Translations under genes and position numbers: made by a program
Part shown: piece after piece, positions 10,295 to 22,000 of the stretch
How positions within the stretch are numbered: position 1 is the first letter of the stretch
How the letters are laid out: every line of letters starts with the position of its first letter
From: a virus
Taxonomy: Duplodnaviria > Caudoviricetes
Length of the DNA stretch: 56,201 nt
Strand: one strand, 5' to 3'
IMG/VR virus record: IMGVR_UViG_3300027777_000045
Location: 1-56,201 of that record
Notes under the pieces: model-generated
What the model was told of the DNA's origin: nothing
Seen by the model: the letters and a program-made list of their open reading frames with translations, nothing else
The model's database searches: none

Positions 10295-10621
10295 TTACCT
10301 CGTCACTTGTGGAGTAACAGTTACAATTCCTTCAACGATACGAGAACGAATGCCGGATTGACTTTCGACCTCAACATCATAAACATAACGACCGGCAACA
10401 ATACTACTAGTTGTTGCTGCATTCATGGAAAGAGTGACTAAACCAGTATTATTTAAAATTACATCAAACGTATAAGAATTTGAAGAAGAATACGATTTTC
10501 TAATTTGTGAGTTGGCTGTAAACCCAGTAAAGTCAATTGGTTCATCAATTGCATCATGAATTGTATACGTTGTATTGAACGTAGCACCTTGATCAATTAC
10601 AATGTTTACTTTGGCTGCCAT
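10295..10621 (-). CDS. Fibre/baseplate adaptor-like Ig-fold protein (LtfC/BppU-N-like)
   Basis: NIVIDQGATF...DFTGFTANSQIRKSY...GRYVYDVEV...RIVEGIVTVTPQVT. Confidence 0.7.
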   Translation of the reverse strand: MAAKVNIVIDQGATFNTTYTIHDAIDEPIDFTGFTANSQIRKSYSSSNSYTFDVILNNTGLVTLSMNAATTSSIVAGRYVYDVEVESQSGIRSRIVEGIVTVTPQVTR

Positions 10622-10630
10622 TTTAACCTC

Positions 10631-11806
10631 TTATGGAACGATGGAAGTTCTGATGAATTTAGCCACAACGTTTGCTGTCGTTGGAGTTAGCTGTAAAGCA
10701 ATATTACCACCACTAATAACTGCATCAAAAGTACCAAGAGAAACACTATTGAATAAGGTCTGATATTCTGTTATGTATGGTGTTGTTCCATCATGAAGAA
10801 TAATAAGTTTTGTCATATGATAATATGGTGTCGGCGTTACAGTCGTATCCGAAAGTTGAACCGTATATTCAAAAGAACGATATGATGAAGTCAAGACGAC
10901 ATCTATATTTGCGGCCGCAGTACTATTATTAAATGTATAAGTATTTGCATATTTATGCGCTATCGAATTAAGTAATAATATTCCAGTTGTAGAAATATTT
11001 GAGGATATCACATAGTTAAAATAACCGTAAAGCCAGGATGAACTAGAATTACCAATATTATAATAATTACTTGATGCCGGAACTATATTACCTGCGGCTG
11101 TTCCGGAATAAGTTAAACTCCCTGAAACCGCAAGACTTCCACCAACCGCCATATTACCGATTACGTTTGCATTACCACCAACACCTAAATTTCCTGTCAC
11201 GTTTGCCGTTGACTGAAGATTTACTGCTCCTACAACGCTTAAAGTATTAGAAAGATATACATTTCCAACGATTGTGGTATTCGAAGTATTTGCAACTATT
11301 TGTGTACCGTTAACAGCAAAAACATTATAAACACTATTTGCTTTTAATATTGTATTACCTGTAATAGTTGTATTACCAGTGGCATTTAATGTACCAGAAG
11401 TTACATTTGTAACACTTGCATTAATATTTAAGTAATTGCCACCGATAGTCGTATTACCACCGGTGGCTATAATATAAATTGAATTGGTTGTAATTACTAC
11501 GTTTGAATATATTGAATTTGCATTAAATGATACTAAATTTGAACTTGCATAAGTAAAAGCAGTATTTGTAATTAAATTAAGTGTATTGCCGGTAGCTAAA
11601 GTCCCACCAGCAATACCCGTATAAGCAACTAGGGTGTTTGCGCCAAAATAACCATTTACATATGCGTTTCCGGTTGATAAAGATCCGGCTGAAGAAGTGT
11701 CAACAGTAACTGTATTCTGAGATACAATAGTGGCAAGTGTATTTGTTTTCGATAACCAAGAACCGAAGGTATCGGTATTTGATACGTTAGCTACTGCAAT
11801 AGTCAT
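10631..11806 (-). CDS. Tail fibre-like virion protein
   Basis: N-terminal TDTFGSWLSKTN; beta-repeat shaft; C-terminal YRSFEYTVQ...LHDGTTPYITEY...LGTFDA domain seen in T4-like fibres. Confidence 0.65.
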   Translation of the reverse strand: MTIAVANVSNTDTFGSWLSKTNTLATIVSQNTVTVDTSSAGSLSTGNAYVNGYFGANTLVAYTGIAGGTLATGNTLNLITNTAFTYASSNLVSFNANSIYSNVVITTNSIYIIATGGNTTIGGNYLNINASVTNVTSGTLNATGNTTITGNTILKANSVYNVFAVNGTQIVANTSNTTIVGNVYLSNTLSVVGAVNLQSTANVTGNLGVGGNANVIGNMAVGGSLAVSGSLTYSGTAAGNIVPASSNYYNIGNSSSSWLYGYFNYVISSNISTTGILLLNSIAHKYANTYTFNNSTAAANIDVVLTSSYRSFEYTVQLSDTTVTPTPYYHMTKLIILHDGTTPYITEYQTLFNSVSLGTFDAVISGGNIALQLTPTTANVVAKFIRTSIVP

Positions 11807-11809
11807 ATT

Positions 11810-12025
11810 TTATTTCTGCCCTATCAGTTGTCTTAATAAAGACTTAATTTCTTCTACATCATTCTTAAGCTGATCATTTTCTTTAAATAACTTTTGCAAT
11901 TTAATTTTCTCTTCGCGATCCTGCTTGTATTTATCAAGCTCTTTTGAGTTAGTATTTAAAACCGCTTTGCTGTCTTTTAACCTAACAAGATCCTTATTAT
12001 CTTTTACTTTTAAAATTTCAGTCAT
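11810..12025 (-). CDS. Small conserved T4-like coiled-coil protein
   Basis: KVKDNKDLVR...SKAVLNTN...LKNDVEEIKSLL, the type usually found after DUF4815 genes. Confidence 0.65.
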   Translation of the reverse strand: MTEILKVKDNKDLVRLKDSKAVLNTNSKELDKYKQDREEKIKLQKLFKENDQLKNDVEEIKSLLRQLIGQK

Positions 12026-12029
12026 AAGT

Positions 12030-14525
12030 TTATACTTGTAAAGCCAGACAACGCATATCTGCCATTCTAGGAATAATCTGAGTTGTATTGGAAATCAGAA
12101 CAATCTTAGTCGCAAAAGTTTTAAATGTTTCATATACACCATCATTCAAAGTAGTATATCGAATGATGTTGTTATTATTAGCATATTTAAACGCACCGTA
12201 TTGAGACTCAAGACCTGGGATCACTCCAACCGTAGCATTAGCAGACGCTATTGACAAGTTAGAAGATACGGTCAATACAGTGGAATTAGGTATTGCTACA
12301 ACTTGTCTAACATTAAATCCAATTGTATTGGAAGAAGTATTAGCAGCCACATAAACAAATCCACCGGCGGTAAATGCGGCAGTTGAACTTACCGTAATAT
12401 TTGCCGAAGTTGTATTCACCGAGGCACTATTGGCAATAATCATAAGTGAAGTTGGTAGATCATAAATCAACTCGACGAAGTCATCTTTATTTACAAGACT
12501 GCTGGTAAGGGTAGGATCCGACAATTCAGCCATAGCGGACCAATCTTTACTTGTAATGCTATCTGCATCAGCACCAGCCAAGAATTTACCATAGACTTTA
12601 AAGTTACTGCCAGTAGGTCTATATGCGGTGATATAACAAATCATATCTTCCGCGTCTTGTTGATCCGCAAGAATAACGTTTTTTGAAACATATCTAGAAG
12701 CATATTTTTGAGCATAACCACTGACTTCACCAAACGCAGTCACACCAGTAATATTAGCTGATATTGATTGTGTTGTGTTGTATACTGTGGTATTTGATGA
12801 AACAAATTTAGCCACCGAAGAAACATTAGAAGAAGTTACATTGACTACATAAATTGTGCTTGAATTAGATGAGAACACAGTGGCACTAGCAGTAACAGTT
12901 GAATTGGCTTGCTGAATATTATCACCGGCATAAAAATTACCGTTTGTATTACTGTAAGCAATTCTGTATCCAGATAGATCAGATTGCTTACAAATAACAT
13001 TATCAGTTAATGTTGCAAGATTACGAATCGTATCAATATATGGGCTAATCTTTGTATTAGAACTACTTAAGGATGCAGAAACAGACAGTGATCTATTGCC
13101 GCTCAAATATGCATATTCATTACTTCTGGACACCAGCATTCTAGGTTTATCAATGAATTCATATGGTATATCACTATCAACAGTTATGTAAGAAGAATCC
13201 ACATTTCTGCTGGTATCAGTCCCTTCAAATCCCCAAGCTATATCGGTTTGATTTGGGTATATATTTGAAATTTGACTTGTTATACTTTGGTAATTCGTAT
13301 CAACAATTTTGTTAATCTGTGCGGAAGCACCTGATGAAACACCAATAAGAATTTGACCATTACTGTTAGTAAAATTTTGCGATGAATTGGCAGAAACAGC
13401 ATAGATACTTAGAATACCATTATAACCAGGTGTAATCGCACTGAAATATCCTCTCAGATTTGCATCGGCTCTCACTCTACCAATGATAGCACTTGTATCT
13501 GAAAAGTTAATATTTGAATCTAAAGTCAAGGTTCTAGAAGTAGGTGAAATGGATGTAATTCTTTTAACATTTACATTAGCACCTGTATTAGTCCCGACAT
13601 AGATGTAATTGTTTACCGTAAAGTCCGTAATTGTAGTTGAATTTGCATTCGGTACAGTGATAACGTTACAAGCGGAGGTTGTAACAACAGTTTGATTTGC
13701 AAATGACGGGGCGGTAGCAACAAGATTTGATGTATAACTTCTTAATGTATTGATTGTATCAAAAGCTCCGTAAGTATTACTCATAACAACCGCTGTTGTA
13801 TTTGCAAATATAACATTTCCGTATGCCGTGGCTTGTGAAAGATTAGCAGTAACAGTTCCGGCAGGCTGAAATACAGTTTCCCCAACGGTAAAAGTATTAG
13901 AACCACTTATTGTCAACGAAGATATTTGTAAAGAGTTGTTGGAAACAACAATTTGTTCACCTCTAGAAAATATACCAATATGTTTGTTGGTAGAGAATCT
14001 ATCAATTGCAGAGTTTTTAAATACTGCAGTTGCTGAAGAAGCGGTAAACAATGCTGTATAAAGATTATATTTCATACTTTCGCTTTGAATCGGAGTAAAA
14101 TTTAAATCATTTGATGATATAAACAAAGAACCGAGCTGATTATTAGTAAAAATTGGAGTATTAGTTACAATATCAGTTCCGTTAAGTGCACCAATCCAAA
14201 CATTGTAATCTGGATTACCCCCGATAGGAACAACAACCAAAGCGTATTGTTCATTGGTTCTTAAAACTACAGGTGTATCAAAAGTAAACGTTGTACTTAC
14301 CGAAGAGTCTTGGCTTGTATTAACTTGTGATGTATAAAGAGTTTTGGAACCATATGGCACCACTTTGCTTGAAGGAAAACCGTTAACAGTTTCTCTTATT
14401 TGTAGCTCAACACCAAAAGTAGACGATTTGCTTTGGAAAAACAAATCTACTTTTGTTAAGAAAACAGCATCAACACCTTTGTCAGGTTCATTTACAATAA
14501 AAGTTTGAGCAATTGGCTTCGTCAT
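12030..14525 (-). CDS. C-terminal part of a DUF4815/VrlC-like virion protein, encoded as a separate gene
   Basis: Begins KPIAQTFIV..GVDAVFLTKVDLFFQSK; later SRYVSKNVILA and FKTFATKIVL...PRMADMRCLAL. Confidence 0.75.
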   Translation of the reverse strand: MTKPIAQTFIVNEPDKGVDAVFLTKVDLFFQSKSSTFGVELQIRETVNGFPSSKVVPYGSKTLYTSQVNTSQDSSVSTTFTFDTPVVLRTNEQYALVVVPIGGNPDYNVWIGALNGTDIVTNTPIFTNNQLGSLFISSNDLNFTPIQSESMKYNLYTALFTASSATAVFKNSAIDRFSTNKHIGIFSRGEQIVVSNNSLQISSLTISGSNTFTVGETVFQPAGTVTANLSQATAYGNVIFANTTAVVMSNTYGAFDTINTLRSYTSNLVATAPSFANQTVVTTSACNVITVPNANSTTITDFTVNNYIYVGTNTGANVNVKRITSISPTSRTLTLDSNINFSDTSAIIGRVRADANLRGYFSAITPGYNGILSIYAVSANSSQNFTNSNGQILIGVSSGASAQINKIVDTNYQSITSQISNIYPNQTDIAWGFEGTDTSRNVDSSYITVDSDIPYEFIDKPRMLVSRSNEYAYLSGNRSLSVSASLSSSNTKISPYIDTIRNLATLTDNVICKQSDLSGYRIAYSNTNGNFYAGDNIQQANSTVTASATVFSSNSSTIYVVNVTSSNVSSVAKFVSSNTTVYNTTQSISANITGVTAFGEVSGYAQKYASRYVSKNVILADQQDAEDMICYITAYRPTGSNFKVYGKFLAGADADSITSKDWSAMAELSDPTLTSSLVNKDDFVELIYDLPTSLMIIANSASVNTTSANITVSSTAAFTAGGFVYVAANTSSNTIGFNVRQVVAIPNSTVLTVSSNLSIASANATVGVIPGLESQYGAFKYANNNNIIRYTTLNDGVYETFKTFATKIVLISNTTQIIPRMADMRCLALQV

Positions 14526-14547
14526 TTACTTTTTGTTCCGTTTTAAA

Positions 14548-14555
14548 TATTTATA
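14548..14555 (-). promoter_or_regulatory. T4-type late promoter between the two DUF4815-like halves
   Basis: Exact TATAAATA in the 48-nt gap. Confidence 0.75.
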
Positions 14556-14573
14556 TATACATACAAATTTTGA

Positions 14574-17500
14574 TTAATCGGTACCACCACTACTACCACC
14601 ATCACCACCAGCATCTCCTCCAGCGCCATCACTAGAATCACCGTCAGAACTACTAGCGGCCGCATCCGCTCCTGGACCAGGTCCGGCCGCGCCAGAGTCA
14701 CTTTCACCACCGTTACCAGGTGAACCCATATCAACGGTTCCGCCAGTATAGTCATTTGGTGGTGCATAATAACCAATATCCGGTACAGTATTATCTATGG
14801 GAGTAGTTGGCGGTTGAGTGGTATCGGTTGATGCTATTGAAGTATTACCTGTTGGTGGCTGCGACCCGCCACCCGGCGGGGTTTGGGCTGTCAGCACTGG
14901 CAACGCCACTTTCCATTCATTTGTGGTTGTAGAATTCTGATATATTGTTTGAGTATCTGAAACTTCTTGTGTAACAATTTGAGCCGATCTTATTGTCAAC
15001 AATGATTTTTGTTTTTGCACAGAAAGAGCAGAACAAAATAAACTATATGTAGCTTGAGTAGTTACGGCACTTTCGCCTTGAGCTAGATTTGAAATATCAG
15101 TTAGTTTAAATTCTAATTGACCACTTTTAAATACATTAGCCGGCACTTTAAAGATACCATAGACATTACCGTAACTATCACTAGTTATTTGTCCACCCCA
15201 GTTATTAGTGTGTGAATAAACAGTTCCATCATAAGCAATATAAGTATAAGCACCGGCTGTTGTTATATAATTACCGCCCGTTTGTGCCCAAGATCCAGCA
15301 TACGGAATCAGATTTAGACAATAATTACTTACGTTAACACTATCAAAATATACATAAAGATTTGTATTTGGTTTCATACCTTTAGCGGTAAAATATACAT
15401 CTCTAGATGGTACAAATGTTTGTATTGAAACATCTGTGACATAATCACCATTATCAATTGTAGTTTCAGTAGGCTGTGTCGTAAAAGTTCTACCGACACG
15501 AGTTTGTTGTTGAGCCAATGTTGACGTGGTTGTGGTTGCAAAAGTTCGCGAATCCTGAGAACTGGCAGTTAAATTTGTTTGACTGTTTTGACCAACAAGA
15601 GAAGGATTTCCAGCATCGGTCCAATTGCCCCATTCAGTCCCAAGTCTACTACTTGATCCTCCGCCAACAAAGTTGGTATAATTATCAATAGTTGAATTAA
15701 TTAACGGACGCTGTAAAAGATCCGGAGCTGTAATGCCGGGGGGATTTAAAATAAGTGTTCCGCGATAATTATATATATTGCCTTCGATACAGTTTCTATA
15801 CTTGGAAGCAAATTTTTGACTCTGATTTAAGTTATTTGCGGTATAAGGTAGAAGAATTAAGTCGCCAGTTTTAACAGCTGTTGATGATACCGAATCAAAC
15901 TGAAGATCGGCTGTCATCTGATTAAATACTGGTCTGGCTTCCGTGGTATTTCTGTCGATTGAAATATTATAGCTTTTATCATTTGTATTACCGATCGAAT
16001 GATCTCTGAAAGGATCAACCAAAATACCGTTTTTAAAACGATTTTGTCCTGTCGCATCACTACGAACCAATAAGGAATTTGTCGATTGTTCCAAGAGTGT
16101 TAAAGAAGTATAATACTCAAGTCTTTCAATTCTCTTTGAAAGTTTATTAATATCCGCCATAGTGTAGCGTTTTGTCTGAAGCAGACTAGTTTGAATAGAA
16201 TAATCATAACGATTATATGTTTTAGCTTCAGTTGGAGTGAGAGAAGGATACGGTGTCACTGTAGCAAAACCAATAGTCATGGTACCAGGAATTTCGTTCG
16301 GCGGAACAAGCGCCAACAAAGATTCACCCTCAGTCACAAGAATTTCACCGGCTGTTGTTAAAGCAATTCTGTCTTTTCTCGGTAAGTAATATTGAACAAC
16401 GGACTGATAATTTGTATCAGGTGAGACAAGATAAGCTCCACCGGATCCATATGTTTGCAGAGTAAGAGTATTTGAAGGATTAACTGTTGCGGATACAATT
16501 GTAGCATTAGCTACGGCTGTATTTACAGCGTATGGTCTAAAGTCAATACTATCTCTAAGATCAACCGCAGTACCAATCGTTGAAGTATATTGTGGTATCT
16601 GATATGTCTGAATTGCGGAAGTGTTTGATGTATTAGCATCGTCGATCGGATACGAAGCGGCTGTAAAGAATCCAACACCTTGAGAAGGAGATGCAACAAA
16701 ATTATCTACTGAAACAAGCAGTGTTGCATTTGGTGCGATTGGTCTTCCAGAAGAAATATATGCAAGACCGTAATATGAATCTTGTTGACCATTATTTAAA
16801 CCAAAAGAACCCGTAATATTAAGATTTGTATTGGCATAAGTTCCACCAGTTTCATCAATATAAACGGCATTTAATCTGCGAACATCTGGAATACCAAGAC
16901 ACCAAGGCCCTGTAACTCCACCAGCGTTGGTATTTGCTTGAATCTTGATATAGGTTGACTTTTTTATTTGCTTAGCGATAGGTACTGTACTTGATCGTAA
17001 AGTATTGAAATATACTGATGCCGTAAAATCAGCATTACTTGACTCACCTAAAGCAACATTGGCTGTGGTGCCTGAAGTAATATTAATTGTTCTTGAAAGA
17101 GAAGCAAAATTAATAGGAACACCGGCCGGCCAGGTCTTTTGATGCGTAAGACCGGAAGATGTGAAAGCAAATACGGAATCAACAGTCATTGAAATATCAC
17201 TTGTAACAGCTACAATTCTTTTTGTAGCTGTATTACAATAAAAATAATCACCGACTTGATATTGTGATACGAATAAAGTAGAGGATCCCACAACATTTGT
17301 AGATGATGTATTGACCGATACAGTCCCTGCTTTAGTTGTGCTATATCCATTTGCAGAAGGTATTATAATAAATGATGTTTCGGCAGATTGTGATAAGGTT
17401 CCAGTACCATAATTAAATGACTCGGTACCTGTACCTACAACGGCGGGTATTGTAAGAGCCAAAGATCCACTTACAGCAACAAAACTTGAATTGACTCTAT

Positions 17501-19067
17501 TTCTATAAACGTATTGAGCTGTTGTTGAGAATCCTTCAGGTCTAATAGCATTTTGTCCGAATGGATAAACCATCAATTCTGCATTTGAAGCTTGTATTTT
17601 AGCAACGTTAACACCGTTGAAGTCTTTATCGAGAATAATATCAGCTACTGCCAATAAACTACCATTTGAATAAATTATGCTTCGTACATCGGAAATCTTT
17701 TGACCTGGTAGCATTTGAATATTGAATACGTAGATTTCATATACAGCATCAACACCTGGAGTGCCTGATGCATAACCAACACCACGAATATAAGCAGTAC
17801 CGATTTTTGTAGTGGCGGAATATGAAGTATTTAGAAATGTTTTTCCTGAAATAGCTGTTTTTGCCACACTATGTAGATCGACTTGGGTCGCATTTTTGTT
17901 GTTAAAATCCCCACAAAATTCATTTACATTTAGATAATAACCAAATGTGGCTGTTACAATCTGATTGTTAACAGTTGCATAGTCAAGACCTTTTCTCAGA
18001 TCAGCGGTATTATTATTGATAAACTCAACTCTGTATCCCTTTACATAACCAATACCTGGTGATGCAACAATACTATTATATGTGGTATTTGCAGCACCAT
18101 TTGAAATTTTCTTGGTTGTGCTCAGTAGAAACGGATTGACAATGTAATCGCCGTTTGTTTCATACGTTCTGCGGGCTGTATCTTTAGACAAGGCCGCATA
18201 TTGCGGATCATTCTTAATTGAAACCGGCAGACCATTCTTGAAGTCACAAAGTGAAAAGAATGAAGTGGTATTTGATACGGTATTAGATGCTCTTGTAACC
18301 AGAGTAGGAACAAGTTTCAAACGATGTGCACCAGGAGCATCATAATTTGGAGAACCGGCAGCATTATCAAGAAGTGATGTATCAATCTCAGGAGTAACAA
18401 TTTCTTCTACTGCATCGAACCCAACGGAAATATTATCGGGGACATTATTGTATTTTGATACAACCAAAGTTTGAGGCTGAACTCTAATAAAGAAACCTTT
18501 CTTGAAGATTACACCTTCAGTTGTGGTAAATCCATATCCTTGACCTGTTGAATTGGAAACTGTAGCAACAACAACATTTCCAATATTCACATTTGAAGAA
18601 GTTTGAATTTGAATTACTTCACTATTTGCAAATACACTTTGCTGAGAACCATTTGCAAATGTACTAGAATTCAAATACTTTAAATAAAGAGTGTTTAAAT
18701 CTGGATCAGAAGATTCATAACCACCTAATGCATTTACAACTTTTGCTTGTAACCCGTTATTATTAATAGCAATTTTACCAACAAAATCATTTATATTTGA
18801 AATAGCAGAATTATTAGCATAATTATCTTTAATCTTTACATAGTTGTAAGCATTATCAAACGTAAATCCACAACCCTCAACAACAGAACCTTCTTTAAAA
18901 ATATGACGGCCAAATTTATCAATCTGATCTTGCAAAATAGTTTGCATCTGATTGAGTTCTCGTGCTTGAACGGCAGCCGCTGGGCGATATAATACACGAT
19001 AAAAATTCTTCGTTACATCATAATCATCGAAGTAAGGCTTACGTGAAAGGTCTGTATCTAGTGCCAT
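14574..19067 (-). CDS. DUF4815/VrlC-like large virion protein, N-terminal part
   Basis: PYFDDYD..KNFYRVLYRP..AVQARELNQMQTILQDQI; APGAHRLK; ARRTYETNGDY; RYTMADI..L.KRIERLEYYTSL; RFKNGILVDPF. Confidence 0.85.
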   Translation of the reverse strand: MALDTDLSRKPYFDDYDVTKNFYRVLYRPAAAVQARELNQMQTILQDQIDKFGRHIFKEGSVVEGCGFTFDNAYNYVKIKDNYANNSAISNINDFVGKIAINNNGLQAKVVNALGGYESSDPDLNTLYLKYLNSSTFANGSQQSVFANSEVIQIQTSSNVNIGNVVVATVSNSTGQGYGFTTTEGVIFKKGFFIRVQPQTLVVSKYNNVPDNISVGFDAVEEIVTPEIDTSLLDNAAGSPNYDAPGAHRLKLVPTLVTRASNTVSNTTSFFSLCDFKNGLPVSIKNDPQYAALSKDTARRTYETNGDYIVNPFLLSTTKKISNGAANTTYNSIVASPGIGYVKGYRVEFINNNTADLRKGLDYATVNNQIVTATFGYYLNVNEFCGDFNNKNATQVDLHSVAKTAISGKTFLNTSYSATTKIGTAYIRGVGYASGTPGVDAVYEIYVFNIQMLPGQKISDVRSIIYSNGSLLAVADIILDKDFNGVNVAKIQASNAELMVYPFGQNAIRPEGFSTTAQYVYRNRVNSSFVAVSGSLALTIPAVVGTGTESFNYGTGTLSQSAETSFIIIPSANGYSTTKAGTVSVNTSSTNVVGSSTLFVSQYQVGDYFYCNTATKRIVAVTSDISMTVDSVFAFTSSGLTHQKTWPAGVPINFASLSRTINITSGTTANVALGESSNADFTASVYFNTLRSSTVPIAKQIKKSTYIKIQANTNAGGVTGPWCLGIPDVRRLNAVYIDETGGTYANTNLNITGSFGLNNGQQDSYYGLAYISSGRPIAPNATLLVSVDNFVASPSQGVGFFTAASYPIDDANTSNTSAIQTYQIPQYTSTIGTAVDLRDSIDFRPYAVNTAVANATIVSATVNPSNTLTLQTYGSGGAYLVSPDTNYQSVVQYYLPRKDRIALTTAGEILVTEGESLLALVPPNEIPGTMTIGFATVTPYPSLTPTEAKTYNRYDYSIQTSLLQTKRYTMADINKLSKRIERLEYYTSLTLLEQSTNSLLVRSDATGQNRFKNGILVDPFRDHSIGNTNDKSYNISIDRNTTEARPVFNQMTADLQFDSVSSTAVKTGDLILLPYTANNLNQSQKFASKYRNCIEGNIYNYRGTLILNPPGITAPDLLQRPLINSTIDNYTNFVGGGSSSRLGTEWGNWTDAGNPSLVGQNSQTNLTASSQDSRTFATTTTSTLAQQQTRVGRTFTTQPTETTIDNGDYVTDVSIQTFVPSRDVYFTAKGMKPNTNLYVYFDSVNVSNYCLNLIPYAGSWAQTGGNYITTAGAYTYIAYDGTVYSHTNNWGGQITSDSYGNVYGIFKVPANVFKSGQLEFKLTDISNLAQGESAVTTQATYSLFCSALSVQKQKSLLTIRSAQIVTQEVSDTQTIYQNSTTTNEWKVALPVLTAQTPPGGGSQPPTGNTSIASTDTTQPPTTPIDNTVPDIGYYAPPNDYTGGTVDMGSPGNGGESDSGAAGPGPGADAAASSSDGDSSDGAGGDAGGDGGSSGGTD

Positions 19068-19076
19068 TCTATCCTC

Positions 19077-22000
19077 TTAAAACTTTATAATCAGTTTGAC
19101 TTCTTCTTTAGAAGTTGTTGAACGAGTAACTGGTGTAAAACTTTCCACGTAAATCATTTTTCCTGAATCTCTAACCAAATCGGGATTTGTAATTAACAGA
19201 TAATTATTACAAGTACCTGAAGCCCCTGAAGTCTGACCAATGATAGCATTTGAACCAGCTTGAAAATTATTTACGTCTGAAACATCGCTCAAAATTAAAA
19301 CAGGATAAACAGAAGAAATAGTTGCTGTAGATCCTAATCCATTATTTATAGTGTGGGTTGGACCGAAAGATAAACTTTGACTTACAGCGGTCAATTTTAT
19401 ATAAGTAGAGTTTGCAAAAATACAAATACCATTAGCACCTGTTGTAGTATCGGTTACAGTCTGCCCAATTGCAACTGTTCCACTCATAGAGGAAACCAAT
19501 AGATCTTTTTCATCGCTATTTGAAATAATTCTACCGCTTGCAAGTGAAATCTCTTGTTGAACATATTCATTATTGGAAAATGCTCCGGTATTAGCCGTGA
19601 GAGTAATTCTTCCGGTTTGATTAAAATGAATACCAAAACTAGAAGATACATCGGTTGTACCGTTAGCAGTATAGATACTGGAAACAGTAGCATAAGCATT
19701 TACAACACTATCATACATAATATCTCCGGCGACAAACTGACCGACAACATTACTCATGAAATATACACTATTGTTTACTATTGAGGTTACTATGCCGATC
19801 GACCCTGAATTGGACTCAGTAATAATTTCTGCAGAATTACCTACAGGAAAATAAATTGTATTGGCCGCATTTACATTTGCTGTTGAATTAGAATAATATC
19901 CATAGATTGTATTTGAGATATTAAATGTTCCCTTAACACTTTTTAGTTGAAGGAACGAAGAGTTACCATAAACAACAACGCCAGCAGCATTGGTTGATGA
20001 TTGTAGAACAACTTCGCCTGCTGTCCATCCACCACCTGTAGAAGAATAACTTGAAGTATTAAGAGTAAAGTTTGTCCTATCAAAATTTGTAAGAGTTACT
20101 TTAATGTCTTTAAATTGTGGATCTTGAAGAATACCAACTTTTCTATAAGAACCATAACCTAGTATTTTATAACTTTCATTTGTTATGGTATCAAATACAG
20201 CATCAACACCAACATATCTACCACCAAGTTCAGTTACGGCATCATATCCATGACCATATACAGGAGATATAATTGCTCTGGCTTGCGCACCAATACCATA
20301 ATTTGTATTTGCATAAATTGAAACATTTGCTTGTGTAAACCCCGTACCTGGATTTACTATATTAATACCAACAATATTATAACTTGAATTAGCCGATGTA
20401 TTGACAACAGCAATTGCAACAACGTTGGAGCCGTCACCTGTCACTTTTACAGTAGGTCCAATCTGATATTCTGTTTGATCATTTGGTAATGATATTTTAG
20501 CAATCAAAGTTGCATTACCACTTGAAGTACCGTTTGCTGTAGTTCTAAATGTTACAGGATAACCAAGTTTAAATTCACCGTAAGGATTACTAATGGTAAT
20601 ATTAGGATTACTTTGAACCGACATAATTTGGGATTTTTGTAAAGAAGATTCACCACTTACATAAAACTGATTCCCGCCACTATTAGCTTGCCATGTTCCG
20701 GCCACACTCGATAAGATAACAGTTGAAGAATTGGAAAAAGCTACAACAGCATTTGCGCCTTGGTTTACCAAACTGACATCTGTCATATCAACTTTCTCAC
20801 CTACAGAGAAGTAAATTCCAGATAATGATGAATTTGTAATTGCTATCTGAACAGATGTTAGATTGGTATTCGATATATATCCGTTTGATCCAGAAATCAC
20901 AATTGATGTAGGTTCGGCGACAACCGGCATTTTATAATGAGAGTTTGCAGAAGCTGAGAAAGAATTATTAAAAGGCTGGCTGACGATAAGAGCAGTCGTG
21001 TTTACAGTGTTAACAACTCTACGGATATTACTAGTAGTGTTTGCACCGATACGAATGTATTCATTATTAGAATAACCATTGGCTGAGTCGTTAAGTTGTG
21101 TTCCAGAACCAAAGATGATCTGATTATCACAGTACATAACAGCCGAAGCTGTTTGTCCTCGAAAGCTGTGACCTGTTTGGTTCGCACCTTTTGTTAGAGC
21201 AATACGTGAACCGACAGCAGTTGCTTTCAAAGCAATAACTGTGGAATTAGCAAAGTCAACATAATAAGTTGTACCAGATGTAAGCCCACCAATAGCAGTA
21301 TTACCAGTTGCTACTGTATAAGTTATCAGATCGTTGGCGGTATAAAAAGCTGTCGCAGAAGTTACGTTTGCGACCAAATAAGTTACGTTCGTATTACCAG
21401 CAGCTGTTCCGCCGGTTGCGTTAGTGATAGCTATATTTGATACTGGAATAGTTCCAGATAAAGCAAAACCTGCGCCAGTATTCGCGATTGTAAACGTGAG
21501 ACTACCACCTGTTGAGTTTGTCGTAAAAGTGACGGTGGCGTTGGTTGTTGCCGATTTAACTGTTATGATATCGTTATTGTTATACCCAAGAGCGGTTCCT
21601 CCGGACAAAGAAATATTGTCCAAACGAGTAAGATTGATAACGTTATTTGAACCACTGCCAGTTCCAGCAGTCACTGCAGTATTAGAGTTGAATGTCTGTG
21701 CAGTAGGAGCCGATATTGTAAGCAAAGGAGCTACAAAATAAGAATTACCTGCTGTGGTAATATTGATAGCTGAAATCTTACCAGTGCTATTGGCTTGAGC
21801 ATTAGCAACAGCACCGGTTCCAGTTCCATTTGCTGTAATCGTCACTGTAGCATTTGCTGTATAACCGGAACCATTTGATGTAATAAAAGCAATATTACAA
21901 GCCCCGACATTACCCACAGATACAGTACCAGTTTTTAAAGTTCCGGAATATGCTGTATCGACGATAGGTAGACCATTCTGAAAAATTGTATTTGCTACGT

